This document shows, piece by piece, positions 47,092-56,521 of a stretch of DNA of 64,000 nucleotides; position 1 is the stretch's first letter, and every line of letters begins with the position of its first letter. The notes under the pieces are model-generated. The model worked only from the letters and a program-made list of their open reading frames with translations. It was not told the origin of the DNA and searched no databases. Both the position numbers and the translations under genes were made by a program. The stretch covers positions 73,998 through 137,997 of the forward strand of contig CAZIDG010000001.1 of the NCBI GenBank assembly GCA_964538065.1, read 5' to 3'. The DNA is from an uncultured Verrucomicrobiota bacterium (GTDB taxonomy: Bacteria; Verrucomicrobiota; Verrucomicrobiia; Limisphaerales; UBA1319).

Positions 47092-48186
47092 ATGATTCGC
47101 AATTTTATCTTTGATTGGTCGGGAACGCTGGTGGACGATCTGCCCGCCGTCTGGGCAGCGTCGAACACGGTGTTCCGGACCGCGGGAGTGCCCGAGTTGT
47201 CGCTGGAGCGTTTTCGGGCCGAGTTCAGTCTGCCATTTCGTGGTTTTTACGAGCGATTTGTGCCGAATATCCCGATGGACCAGGTGGAGGTGCTTTTTCA
47301 CAAACATTTTCATGAACTGGTGGATACGGTGCGTCCGTTGCCTCATGCAGGCGATATTCTGCGCTTCTGCCACGCCCATAATCGCCATTGCTACATCCTG
47401 AGCACCATGCGGAAGGATCATTTTGAACGCCAATGTCACGCAGCGGGCTTCGATCCATTTTTTGAGGCTACGTATGCCGGTGTGGCCGATAAGCGGCAGA
47501 CTATCAAGACCTTGCTACAGAAGCACGACTTGAGTCCTGGCGAAACGTTATTTGTGGGGGATATGCAGCATGACGTGGATACTGCTCACCATGGCGGGAC
47601 ACATTCCTGTGCCGTTTTGACGGGATACAATACGCTGACACAACTGCGCCAGAGTCGCCCGGATGTTATTGTGGAGAACCTGCGCGAGTTGCAGGCCATT
47701 CTCGAAACCCAGGTGTTTTCCTGGCCGGTGGGGCAGTCCGTATCAGGCTTGGGCAGGCATGTGCATCCTGTTCCCACAGTGGGAGCTTTGATTTTTAACC
47801 ATGCTGGAGAGGTCCTCATGGTTCGCACGCGAAAATGGTCGGACCGTTGGGGCATGCCTGGCGGCAAAATCCAGATGGGCGAATCGATGGTAGACGCTTT
47901 ACGGCGCGAAATCCGCGAGGAAACCGGTCTTGAAATTGAAGATGTGCGTTTCGAAATCACCCAGGATTGCATCAACCCACCAGAGTATTACCGGTCGGCG
48001 CATTTTGTACTCGTAAATTATACCTGTCGGACCAGGACTGATGGTTTGGTGGTGTTGAATGATGAAGCACAGGAATATAAGTGGGTTCCATTGGCTGAAG
48101 CGTTTAAACTGGACCTCAATCAGCCCACTTTGGTGCTTTTGCGCCATGTCACCGCTTCTCCTTTAAAAGCAAATGTCTCACGATAA
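47092..48186 (+). CDS. bifunctional-looking HAD-superfamily hydrolase / Nudix hydrolase fusion
   Basis: The N-terminal ~210 aa carry HAD motifs: I FDWSGT, II YILST, III ADKRQ (Lys) and IV FVGDMQHD. The C-terminal ~130 aa form a Nudix domain with a canonical box GKIQMGESMVDALRREIREETGL. The ORF-track start 47077 is GTG; the first ATG is 47092. Confidence 0.8.
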   Translation: MIRNFIFDWSGTLVDDLPAVWAASNTVFRTAGVPELSLERFRAEFSLPFRGFYERFVPNIPMDQVEVLFHKHFHELVDTVRPLPHAGDILRFCHAHNRHCYILSTMRKDHFERQCHAAGFDPFFEATYAGVADKRQTIKTLLQKHDLSPGETLFVGDMQHDVDTAHHGGTHSCAVLTGYNTLTQLRQSRPDVIVENLRELQAILETQVFSWPVGQSVSGLGRHVHPVPTVGALIFNHAGEVLMVRTRKWSDRWGMPGGKIQMGESMVDALRREIREETGLEIEDVRFEITQDCINPPEYYRSAHFVLVNYTCRTRTDGLVVLNDEAQEYKWVPLAEAFKLDLNQPTLVLLRHVTASPLKANVSR

Positions 48187-48553
48187 AATTATCATTCGGA
48201 ACCTGGCGGTTCATTACCGGGTTGGTGTCACTGATGAGGAACGGCTTAAGCCTCAACGACTCCTGTTGAATCTGGAGCTGTATGGTGACTTCTCCCGTGC
48301 CATGCGGACAGATGAGTTGCATGACACCATTGATTATGTAGAGGTTACAAATCGGCTCAGAACATTGGGTGAACGCAGGGAATGGCGCCTCATTGAGCGG
48401 TTGGCGAGTGATATTGCCGATATCTTGATTCATGATTTTGGGGCGGAACATGTTAACGTCGAAGTGCGCAAAATGGTCATTCCAGATACTGAGTACGTTG
48501 CGTTTATGACTGAGATGGATCGACCGGATGATGGTGGCAGGAGTGTATCATGA
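48173..48553 (+). CDS. folB: dihydroneopterin aldolase
   Basis: 126 aa. IIIRNLAVHYRVGVTDEERLKPQRLLLNLEL, DTIDYVEV and LIERLASDIA are typical FolB motifs. The start overlaps the upstream gene by 14 nt. Confidence 0.85.
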   Translation: MSHDKIIIRNLAVHYRVGVTDEERLKPQRLLLNLELYGDFSRAMRTDELHDTIDYVEVTNRLRTLGERREWRLIERLASDIADILIHDFGAEHVNVEVRKMVIPDTEYVAFMTEMDRPDDGGRSVS

Positions 48554-48589
48554 TGGACCGCGGCGTATTGGCCTGATCTAGCTTCGGAC

Positions 48590-50017
48590 ATGGATCTGCA
48601 GGAACAAGTTTTTGTCGAAATCGAATCCCGGCGACTTCTGGACGACGGGGCGGCGGTCCTGGTTGCCGTATCTGGCGGCTTGGACAGCATGGTCCTGCTT
48701 CATATTCTAAATCGCTTCAAACACGAGCGGAAGTGGACGATCCACGTTGCCCATTTCAACCATCGCTTGCGTGGCGAAGCGAGTGAATTGGATGCCCGGT
48801 TCGTGGAAGATACCGCCCGTGAATGGGGTCTGAAGTGCCGGATCGGGGTGGGGGACGTGCCTGCATTGCAGAATGCTGAGCACCTTTCGCTCGAAATGGC
48901 GGCACGGCGTCTGCGGCATGAGTTTCTGGCGCGATGTGCCCGGGAGATCATGGGCCATGAACCAACGTTATCCGGCATTCGGATTGCCACCGGCCATCAC
49001 GCAGATGATCAAGTTGAGCTCTTTTTTGTGCGATTACTGCGTGGGGCAGGCTCATCGGGGTTGGGCGGGATGCGCTGGATGGCCCCATCGCCGGCCGATC
49101 AAGGCGTTTCCCTGGTAAGGCCATTGTTAAGTTGTTCGCGTCAAAGCCTGATGGCGTATGCCGAACAAAACCACATCACCTATCGTCAAGATGCCTCGAA
49201 TGATGACATCAACATCCTTCGGAACCGTTTGCGTCACGAATTGTTGCCTTTGCTGCGTCAGCAATACCAGCCTGCCTTGGACGCCATCATACTCCGGACA
49301 GCCTCAGGCTTGGGAGATGAAGCCGATTACATGGATCAGCAGGCGCAGGCATGGCTTGCGCGTGGAATCAGCATACCCTTTGGGGAACTACATCCGGCCA
49401 TACAGCGTCAGGTTATCTCCCGGGGGTTGATATCGCATGGCATCCTGCCGAATCAAGCATGGATAGAAGCCCTGCGCTTGCATCCAGGTGTCCCTTTATC
49501 GATTAACGGCCACCAGACGGCCATTCATTCACATGATGGGCATATTGAATTGCAACAGATTCATAATAAGGAGTTTAACCCTGAACAAATCGAGGTGGTC
49601 TTGACGAATACCAGTGGTTGCATCCACTTTGGAGGACTCCACATCGATTGGAGCATTCAAACGGAAAAGCCGGCCATTCGTTGCATGCAAAAGAAGGAGA
49701 TGCAGAGCGACGTATCCTCGGAACCTTTTGTGATGGAGGAGGTTTTCGATGCCGACTGCGTTGGAAGTCGCATCATATTGCGCCATTGGCGGCCGGGAGA
49801 TCGTTTTCAACCCATTGGGATGCAACAATCCGTCAAAGTTCAGGATTTCCTGACCAATCTGAAGATGCCTCTTGAGGAACGTCGCCACCGTGTTGTTGGG
49901 CAAGCCGAGGGGGAGGGGGTGTTTTGGATAGAAGGCACCCGAATAGCAGAGCCATATAAAGTAACATGCCGAACATGCCGATATCTCATGTGGCGATGGA
50001 CCAGCCTGGCCAGGTAA
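48590..50017 (+). CDS. tilS: tRNA(Ile)-lysidine synthase
   Basis: PP-loop VAVSGGLDSMVLL, ATGHHADDQVE, and a C-terminal substrate-binding domain (GDRFQPIGM...KVQDFL). Confidence 0.9.
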   Translation: MDLQEQVFVEIESRRLLDDGAAVLVAVSGGLDSMVLLHILNRFKHERKWTIHVAHFNHRLRGEASELDARFVEDTAREWGLKCRIGVGDVPALQNAEHLSLEMAARRLRHEFLARCAREIMGHEPTLSGIRIATGHHADDQVELFFVRLLRGAGSSGLGGMRWMAPSPADQGVSLVRPLLSCSRQSLMAYAEQNHITYRQDASNDDINILRNRLRHELLPLLRQQYQPALDAIILRTASGLGDEADYMDQQAQAWLARGISIPFGELHPAIQRQVISRGLISHGILPNQAWIEALRLHPGVPLSINGHQTAIHSHDGHIELQQIHNKEFNPEQIEVVLTNTSGCIHFGGLHIDWSIQTEKPAIRCMQKKEMQSDVSSEPFVMEEVFDADCVGSRIILRHWRPGDRFQPIGMQQSVKVQDFLTNLKMPLEERRHRVVGQAEGEGVFWIEGTRIAEPYKVTCRTCRYLMWRWTSLAR

Positions 50018-50059
50018 TTTTAAGTCTTACATTGACAAAAAGTTGCCCTTTTATCCGTA

Positions 50060-50088
50060 TTGCAGCACGTTGATGCTCGTGGTAGTAT
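50060..50088 (+). promoter_or_regulatory. candidate promoter for ftsH
   Basis: TTGCAG (50060-50065), a 17-nt spacer, then TAGTAT (50083-50088) preceded by TGG (extended -10-like). Only 13 nt separate it from the ftsH ATG, so the leader would be very short. Confidence 0.3.
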
Positions 50089-50101
50089 GCCCTGATAACT
50101 A

Positions 50102-52114
50102 ATGTCTGAAGATAATAAAAACGACATGCGGAATGAACGTCGGGCCTCTGAACCCAGGGTGCCCCCGCGGTGGTGGATTCTCATGATTGCCATCATCGGC
50201 TTGGTGCCGCTCATGATGACCTTGCGGAATCGAGTCGAGATGAATCAGAAAACCCTGACGCATGCAGAATTTGTCCGGTTGGTGAATGCCGATTTGGTGA
50301 TGGAAGGGACCATCCATTACAATCCCCAGTCGCCGGAAGGGCTTAAGGAAATCACCGGGAAATTCAAGCCGGCCAAGAGTTCTGAAGAGGTGATTCCGTT
50401 TCGGTTGAAGACCTTCCTGAAACCGGACCTCATGGATCAACTGTTGAACACAGGCCGGTTTAAGGCGGCCGAGCCCAACACGGTTTTGCTCACCCTGGTA
50501 TATACGATCGCTCCCATATTGCTGGTGGCGGTGATCATCTATTTTATCTTTCTGCGCCAGATCAAGCTGGCAGGCAAGGGAGCCCTGAGTTTTGGAAAAA
50601 GCAAAGCTCGGCTGCTCAGCAAGGAACGCAATAAAATCACCTTCAAGGACGTGGCAGGTGTCGAAGAGGCCAAGGATGAGGTGCAGGAGTTGGTGGAATT
50701 CCTCAAGGATCCCAAAAAATTCCAAAAACTGGGGGGGCGCATTCCCAAAGGTATCCTGATGATTGGCCCTCCGGGCACCGGCAAAACGCTTCTTGCCAAA
50801 GCCATTGCCGGGGAGGCCGATGCCTCATTCTTCAGCATCAGTGGTTCGGATTTCGTGGAAATGTTTGTGGGCGTGGGTGCCAGTCGCGTTCGCGATATGT
50901 TTGAGCAGGCCAGGCGCAATACCCCATGCCTGGTGTTCATTGATGAAATTGATGCTGTAGGGCGCAGCCGTGGGCATGGTTTGGGTGGTGGAAACGATGA
51001 ACGTGAACAAACCCTGAATGCCTTGCTGGTCGAGATGGACGGCTTTGATACCCAGGAGGGAATCATCATCATTGCCGCCACCAATCGTCCTGACGTGCTG
51101 GATCCCGCCTTGTTGCGGCCCGGACGGTTTGACCGTCAGATCGTGGTCAATTTGCCCGATGTCCGTGGTCGTGAGGCGATTCTCAAGGTGCATGCCAAGA
51201 AGGTGAAGCTGGATCCTTCTGTGGATCTGAGTGTTATTGCGCGAGGCACGCCTGGTTATTCAGGGGCGGAACTGGCGAATCTGCTCAACGAATCGGCGTT
51301 GCAGGCGGCACGGCAGAATAAGAAGGCCATCAGCATGGGCGATCTGGAGGAGGCGCGAATCAAGGTGCGTTGGGGCCGTGAACGCCGCAGCTTGGCGATG
51401 ACCGATGAGGACAAGAAACGCACCGCGTGGCACGAAGCCGGCCATGCCTTGGTGAATGTGGCTCTTCAGCACACTCATCCTCTTCATAAGGTGACCATCA
51501 TACCCCGTGGCCAGTCGTTGGGGTCCACCATGTCGCTTCCCAAGGAGGAAATGTTTAACCGGCATCGGAAGGAGATGCTGGACATGATTGCGGTGACCAT
51601 GGCAGGTCGCATTTCGGAGGAGGTTATCAGTGGTGATATTTCGACGGGCGCCAGCGGAGACATCCAGCAGGCGACCCAGTTGGCCCATGCGATGGTGTGT
51701 CAATATGGCATGAGCGACAAGCTGGGCATGGTCCAGTACGGCGATGATAGCGAATATGTTTTTCTGGGACGTGACATGGCTCGCACCAAGGGATACAGCG
51801 AAACCACAGCGCGAGAAATCGATTCTGAGGTCAAACGCATCATTGACGAAGCCTATCAACGGGCCAAAAGTATCATCGATGAAAACCGGGCGAAACTGGA
51901 GCTCATCGCCGATTCCTTGTTGGAATACGAATCGCTGGATGGCAGCCAGGTTGAGGAAATTGTGCGCACAGGCACCTTCACACCGCCGCCAGTGCCGCCG
52001 GTGATTGATCCTCCTACCGGAGCCGTGCCGGCTTCAGCGCTTTCGGACAAGGATAAGGCGGGGAAACCCAAGATTGATCCTGGTCTGGCCGCACCTGAAC
52101 CTGCGACAGCCTGA
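50102..52114 (+). CDS. ftsH: ATP-dependent zinc metalloprotease FtsH
   Basis: Two N-terminal TM segments. AAA+ Walker A GPPGTGKT, Walker B FIDEIDA, the second region of homology, and zinc motif HEAGHAL. Confidence 0.95.
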   Translation: MSEDNKNDMRNERRASEPRVPPRWWILMIAIIGLVPLMMTLRNRVEMNQKTLTHAEFVRLVNADLVMEGTIHYNPQSPEGLKEITGKFKPAKSSEEVIPFRLKTFLKPDLMDQLLNTGRFKAAEPNTVLLTLVYTIAPILLVAVIIYFIFLRQIKLAGKGALSFGKSKARLLSKERNKITFKDVAGVEEAKDEVQELVEFLKDPKKFQKLGGRIPKGILMIGPPGTGKTLLAKAIAGEADASFFSISGSDFVEMFVGVGASRVRDMFEQARRNTPCLVFIDEIDAVGRSRGHGLGGGNDEREQTLNALLVEMDGFDTQEGIIIIAATNRPDVLDPALLRPGRFDRQIVVNLPDVRGREAILKVHAKKVKLDPSVDLSVIARGTPGYSGAELANLLNESALQAARQNKKAISMGDLEEARIKVRWGRERRSLAMTDEDKKRTAWHEAGHALVNVALQHTHPLHKVTIIPRGQSLGSTMSLPKEEMFNRHRKEMLDMIAVTMAGRISEEVISGDISTGASGDIQQATQLAHAMVCQYGMSDKLGMVQYGDDSEYVFLGRDMARTKGYSETTAREIDSEVKRIIDEAYQRAKSIIDENRAKLELIADSLLEYESLDGSQVEEIVRTGTFTPPPVPPVIDPPTGAVPASALSDKDKAGKPKIDPGLAAPEPATA

Positions 52115-52128
52115 CGGACCGATTTCCC

Positions 52129-52689
52129 TTAATTCCAACTAAGATCCTGGGGACTTTCCGCGAGCAGACGGTATTGCCAGCCTTTTGTACGCAGGATGTT
52201 CTTCCAGAGGTCCACGGGCGGAGTGTAAAAGACCAATTCAATGGAAGCGGGATGAGTCAGCCAGGCGCCCCGCTTCATTTCGTCATCGAGTTGTCCTGCG
52301 CTCCAACCAGCATACCCTGCAAACACCCTTATCTGCTGGGTGGATGACATCGATTCCCCCAATTCCACCAGGGCATCAAGGGAATGTCCGAGCTCCAGGT
52401 TGGGTATCACACTGGCATCGGGGATGTAAGAGTCCGTATACAGGAAACTCAGGGCTGTGGGCTGAACGGGACCACCAAGATACAGGCTTTGTTCCCGCAA
52501 CGAGTCGGGCAGATGCGCGACCAGGGCATCGGAAACCTTGCTGTCGGCAGGGCGGTTGACCACAAGACCGAAGGCGCCTTCCGTGTCATGCTGGCAAATC
52601 AGGACGACAGTTCGATGAAAGAAGGAACCGAAAAGCTTGCCGCCATCCAGTAGCAATTGCCCTCTGAGCGATTGGAAGGTTTTGCCCAT
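52129..52689 (-). CDS. YqgE/AlgH-family (UPF0301) protein
   Basis: GSFFHRTVVLICQHDTEGAFGLVVNRP and FAGYAGWSAGQLDDEM are characteristic. Start placed at ATG 52689. Confidence 0.85.
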   Translation of the reverse strand: MGKTFQSLRGQLLLDGGKLFGSFFHRTVVLICQHDTEGAFGLVVNRPADSKVSDALVAHLPDSLREQSLYLGGPVQPTALSFLYTDSYIPDASVIPNLELGHSLDALVELGESMSSTQQIRVFAGYAGWSAGQLDDEMKRGAWLTHPASIELVFYTPPVDLWKNILRTKGWQYRLLAESPQDLSWN

Positions 52690-52768
52690 GCCTAGTAAAA
52701 AAATACTCAAGAATCTGCCCGATGCCAACTATCTTGTGCGTGAGGCGAATTTGGCGTAAAGAAGGGAC

Positions 52769-52882
52769 GTGAACAAATATTTGTTGGTTCTCTTACTGGT
52801 ATTGGTGGTTGTGATGTCCGGATGCAAAAGCGAATCCGGCAGCCGTGAATTCATTCCGGGCAAGGGCTGGAAGAGCATCTAA
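52769..52882 (+). CDS. unannotated 37-aa putative lipoprotein
   Basis: Below the ORF-track size cutoff. GTG 52769 is preceded by AAGAAGGGA. It translates to VNKYLLVLLLVLVVVMSGCKSESGSREFIPGKGWKSI*, i.e. an n-region with K, a hydrophobic core and the lipobox VMSG|C. Confidence 0.5.
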   Translation: MNKYLLVLLLVLVVVMSGCKSESGSREFIPGKGWKSI

Positions 52883-52910
52883 AAAAGGCGGCGTTCTTGC
52901 GAACGCCGCC
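52881..52910 (-). terminator. rho-independent terminator of tkt (possibly bidirectional)
   Basis: Perfect 10-bp GC-rich stem ggcggcgttc (52887-52896) / gaacgccgcc (52901-52910) with a 4-nt loop. On the minus strand it is followed by UUUUUU (52886-52881). Confidence 0.8.
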
Positions 52911-52935
52911 ATGACAATTCTGTTGGAATCGGCGG

Positions 52936-54774
52936 TCAGATCATCGCCTTCACCTTTTTGATGATGGCGGTGGAATCGATGCCGTAGTGAGCGATCAGTT
53001 CCTCCGGTTTGCCGGAACGCGGCAGTTCGAACACAGCCAGACGGCTGACTTTAACGCCATCGGTGCTGAGCGCGCTTGCGACGGCTTCACCGAGACCGCC
53101 TTCGGGATAGTGGTCTTCCACGGTGAGGACGCGATTGTTGGTCTTTGCTGCGGCGGCTCGTATGATGTCGGCCCCCAGCGGCTTGACACTGTATGCATCG
53201 ATGACCGTTATGCCAATGCCTTCGGCGGCCAGGGCATCCGCGGCTTTTAAGGCTTCAAAGAGGGTGACACCGGCTGCCACCACGGTGACCTTGTCTCCGT
53301 CCTTCTGTTTCAGCACCTTGGCCCCACCGATGGGGAATGTTTCCTCATTCTTGTAAATGACGGGTGTCTTGGGCCGGCTGGTACGCAGGAACACGAAGCC
53401 TTTATGGAGGGCCATCTGCTCCACAAGTTTCTCGGTGCTCACGGCATCGCTGGGATAGAGGACGACGCTTCCGGCCACGGTGCGCATCATGGCGATGTCC
53501 TCCAAACCCATTTGTGAACCGCCATCCTCACCGATGCTGACGCCCACATGGGAACCGGTCAGTTTGATGTTGGCCATCGAAACACCCGCCATGCGGATCT
53601 GGTCAAAGGCGCGTGAGAAGAAGGCGGCGAAGGTGGAGGCAAACGGCACCTTGCCACGGGTGGCAAAGCCAGTGGCAACGCCCACCATGTTTTGTTCCGC
53701 GATGAAGCATTCCGTGAACCTGTTCGGAAACTTCTTCATGAACTTATCCGAATAGGTCGAATTCTTGGTGTCACCATCCATGGCCACGATGCGGGCATCG
53801 ACATCTCCGATGCGCGCGAGGGCCATGCCGTAGGCCTCGCGGGTTGCCACCTTGTCGCCCAATTTGTAGGCGATGGGAGGGAAGCTTGCCGGGACTTCGT
53901 TTTTGGGCAATTCGAGCTGGCTGGGTTTGCGGATCGGGACGCCGAGACCAGATTTGGCTTTGGGCTGTAATTCCGCAATCGCTTTGGCGGCTTCATCCTT
54001 GGACAGGGCCTTGCCATGCCAGGCGTCTTTATCGGCGATGAATGAGATGCCAGCGCCTTTCAAGGTTTTGGCAATGATGGCCAGCGGTTTATCGGTTTTC
54101 TTGACCGCGTTGAGTGCTTTCAGAATCTGAGCAACATCCTGACCATCAATGACTTTGACCTGCCAGCCAAAAGCAGCGAAGCGGTCCTTATACACCTTGA
54201 GATCATGACCAAAGGCTGTGGCCTGGCTTTGGCCAAGGCGATTCGCATCCACGATGGCCACGAGGTTATTCAGTTTGTAAACACCTGCCAATGAGGCGGC
54301 TTCCCAAACGCTACCTTCGGCGCACTCGCCATCACCCAAAAGGACGTACGTGCGGTAATCGAGGTTATCCAGGCGTGCACATAGGGCCATGCCGACGCCA
54401 ACACTCAGACCCTGGCCGAGAGAACCTGTGGCGACATCTGCAAATGAAAGGCGAGGTGTGGGATGGCCTTCAAGATCATGGCCAAAGGTGCGCAACTTAA
54501 GAAGGTCTTCCACAGGGAAAAGACCGGCTTCCGCCCATGCCGCATACAGAAGCGGAGCCGCATGGCCTTTGGAGAGGATAAAACGGTCGTTGTTGGCAAA
54601 ACGCGGATTCTTTGGATCATACCGCATGTGTCCAAAGAACAGGGCGGCAACAATGTCAGCCGCAGAGCAACAGGAAGTGGGGTGACCGCTCCCAGCCGCT
54701 GTGGTAGCTGCGATGGAATGAATGCGCAATTGGTTCGCAATTGCCGCTAAAATTTCAATAGAGGTTGTCTTCAT
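52936..54774 (-). CDS. tkt: transketolase (short, fused N/C-section type)
   Basis: 612 aa. SGHPTS, ThDP motif LLGDGECAEGSVWEA, and pyrimidine-binding and C-terminal domains (FIAEQNMVGVATG). Confidence 0.9.
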   Translation of the reverse strand: MKTTSIEILAAIANQLRIHSIAATTAAGSGHPTSCCSAADIVAALFFGHMRYDPKNPRFANNDRFILSKGHAAPLLYAAWAEAGLFPVEDLLKLRTFGHDLEGHPTPRLSFADVATGSLGQGLSVGVGMALCARLDNLDYRTYVLLGDGECAEGSVWEAASLAGVYKLNNLVAIVDANRLGQSQATAFGHDLKVYKDRFAAFGWQVKVIDGQDVAQILKALNAVKKTDKPLAIIAKTLKGAGISFIADKDAWHGKALSKDEAAKAIAELQPKAKSGLGVPIRKPSQLELPKNEVPASFPPIAYKLGDKVATREAYGMALARIGDVDARIVAMDGDTKNSTYSDKFMKKFPNRFTECFIAEQNMVGVATGFATRGKVPFASTFAAFFSRAFDQIRMAGVSMANIKLTGSHVGVSIGEDGGSQMGLEDIAMMRTVAGSVVLYPSDAVSTEKLVEQMALHKGFVFLRTSRPKTPVIYKNEETFPIGGAKVLKQKDGDKVTVVAAGVTLFEALKAADALAAEGIGITVIDAYSVKPLGADIIRAAAAKTNNRVLTVEDHYPEGGLGEAVASALSTDGVKVSRLAVFELPRSGKPEELIAHYGIDSTAIIKKVKAMI

Positions 54775-55030
54775 CAGATTACATCCAAATGATGGGGGAC
54801 ATTCTGAGATGGAAAAGGCCTAAAGAAAAGAGAGAAAATTCCTAATTTCCGCATGCACCTGCCCTAATTAAAGGTTGGTGACCGGGAGTTCATGAATATA
54901 TCCAAACTATTCATTGAGAATGAGTTGTGTATTTGCGTGCGATCATGAGCGGCAACCGGACATTCAATGGCCGCAGGAAGATGACCGCATGATGTTCCTG
55001 AATCGCGAAAAACGCCCCCATTTTCAATGT

Positions 55031-55249
55031 CTATCCCCCAGCGACCACTCGAATAATTTCCAGGTGATCACCACTCCTGAGCGGGCGGTCATGGAATTCG
55101 GAGGGGGCGACGGCTTCGCCATTGTGTTCAACCACGACGCCCTTGGGGAAAAGTTTTTGAGCGATAAGAAAGGCCTCCAAAGTGCAGGGAAACGCCACAG
55201 GTACTTTGTTGCCGTTGGCAATAACATACTGATCCGCAGCAATAGTCAT
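55031..55249 (-). CDS. thiS: sulfur-carrier protein ThiS
   Basis: 72-aa product from ATG 55249: MTIAADQYVIANGNKV...VVEHNGEAV....LRSGDHLEIIRVVAGG*. It has a beta-grasp pattern and a terminal Gly-Gly directly before the stop. Confidence 0.85.
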   Translation of the reverse strand: MTIAADQYVIANGNKVPVAFPCTLEAFLIAQKLFPKGVVVEHNGEAVAPSEFHDRPLRSGDHLEIIRVVAGG

Positions 55250-55266
55250 GGAAATGGGGGTGGAAG

Positions 55267-56346
55267 TTATTGGTTTAAATAGAGGGTTATGGGTGCATTG
55301 GAGCCCTGCACCTTCACGACTGCCGAGCGTTCGCCAATTTCCATGCACCTTACTTGCACGGGATTGCCATCAAGGGTGAGTGAAAATTCCTCGTTTACCC
55401 CAAATGGCTTGCCGTTGATCATGGCTTGTCGATGCGATTTTGAACCCAAAATACCCATGAGTTTGAGACGGTCATAGCCAGTGCGAGCAACGGGTGGGGC
55501 AGTGGAGACGGTTGGAAAGATGGGGGCCTGGGCCAGGTGTTGGATGGTCGATTCATTCAATTGGGCTTCTGTTCCCTGGGTGATCCAAGTGAGAATTGCC
55601 TGCATGCCGAAATGTTCTTCCAGTTTGACGAATTCACGAGTTTTTCCATTGGTGTATGGATTGATCAAAACGCGCTCCATTTGTTCCTGCTGATTCAGGT
55701 TGGAGTGCACTTTATAGGTCATGAGTTCGCACAAGGCTTCCAGGGTGTCCGGATCAATGACGCGATTCGTCGGCACCACCTCGTTGATCCAGAGGTGGGT
55801 GAATTCATGCATGCAGACACCCAGGGTTTCGGCCTTGAGTTGGGCACTTTGGACAATGACACTATGGTTGACGCGGTCACCTTTGCGGGTGGTTCGGGAC
55901 ATACCCAGACGCTTTAGATGGCTGGGAACGGCGGTACCGTTCTGATAGTTCCAGTAATCCACATCGAAGAGTTGAAGGTGGACATCGGGATGCTTGAGGG
56001 TCATTTGACCGCCGGACAGACGATAAAGCTCATGGGTTGCTTCCTTGAACAAAGCCTCTAATTGTGCCTGCTCCAGAACGACATTGGGCAAATCGCGTTT
56101 GCAGATCAGGCGGCCATCGCCGGTTTTTCCGTAGCCATCGCGTACCGGAAGCCCGCAGACACTGCAATGATCCACGATTTGGAAACAACTTTCGCAAATG
56201 ATGCCCTTGGCGTGTTTATACACTCGCCCTTGGAGGATGGGTTTCTCACATACGACACATCGGGTTCCAGGAGCAATGGAATCCTGGGCGTTTGAGCGTA
56301 AGGGCAACAGCCAACAGAGCATCAAGATGGACAGAAAACCTGTCAT
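55267..56346 (-). CDS. zinc-ribbon (LIM-like) + HExxH metallopeptidase (DA1-like/SprT-like) protein with unassigned C-terminal domain
   Basis: ORF 55267..56511. ATG 56346 gives the signal/anchor MTGFLSILMLCWLLPLRSNA. Cys pattern CVVC-x17-CESC-x6-CSVC-x17-CKRD, then GVCMHEFTHLW (HExxH). The C-terminal ~90 aa are beta-rich (LKLMGILGSKSHRQAMINGKPF...VKVQG). Confidence 0.6.
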   Translation of the reverse strand: MTGFLSILMLCWLLPLRSNAQDSIAPGTRCVVCEKPILQGRVYKHAKGIICESCFQIVDHCSVCGLPVRDGYGKTGDGRLICKRDLPNVVLEQAQLEALFKEATHELYRLSGGQMTLKHPDVHLQLFDVDYWNYQNGTAVPSHLKRLGMSRTTRKGDRVNHSVIVQSAQLKAETLGVCMHEFTHLWINEVVPTNRVIDPDTLEALCELMTYKVHSNLNQQEQMERVLINPYTNGKTREFVKLEEHFGMQAILTWITQGTEAQLNESTIQHLAQAPIFPTVSTAPPVARTGYDRLKLMGILGSKSHRQAMINGKPFGVNEEFSLTLDGNPVQVRCMEIGERSAVVKVQGSNAPITLYLNQ

Positions 56347-56521
56347 CCTTTGGATCCGGTAGAAATCCATTATGGTATCACTCATGATCTGCACTGGCAT
56401 TATTGGATCAAAGATACATGTTCCCGGAACGCCTCGGATGGCATTCCCCATGGAGCCACGATCCTTGGCCCTGTTAAGCGGATTATGGCAGGGAATCACC
56501 GTGTTTTCCAACCTTGAATCA

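Noticed and set aside
50032-50037. Perfect TTGACA hexamer upstream of ftsH as the -35 element
   Set aside because: No acceptable -10 hexamer lies 16-18 nt downstream (CCGTAT or CGTATT). The TTGCAG-17-TAGTAT pair at 50060-50088 fits better, though that too is unverified.
54790-54830. CUGAGA-containing stretch (gggggacattctgagatgg) that could hint at a TPP riboswitch
   Set aside because: It lies on the plus strand with no downstream plus-strand thiamine gene, and the rest of the riboswitch consensus is missing. The AT-rich region is more simply the tkt promoter.
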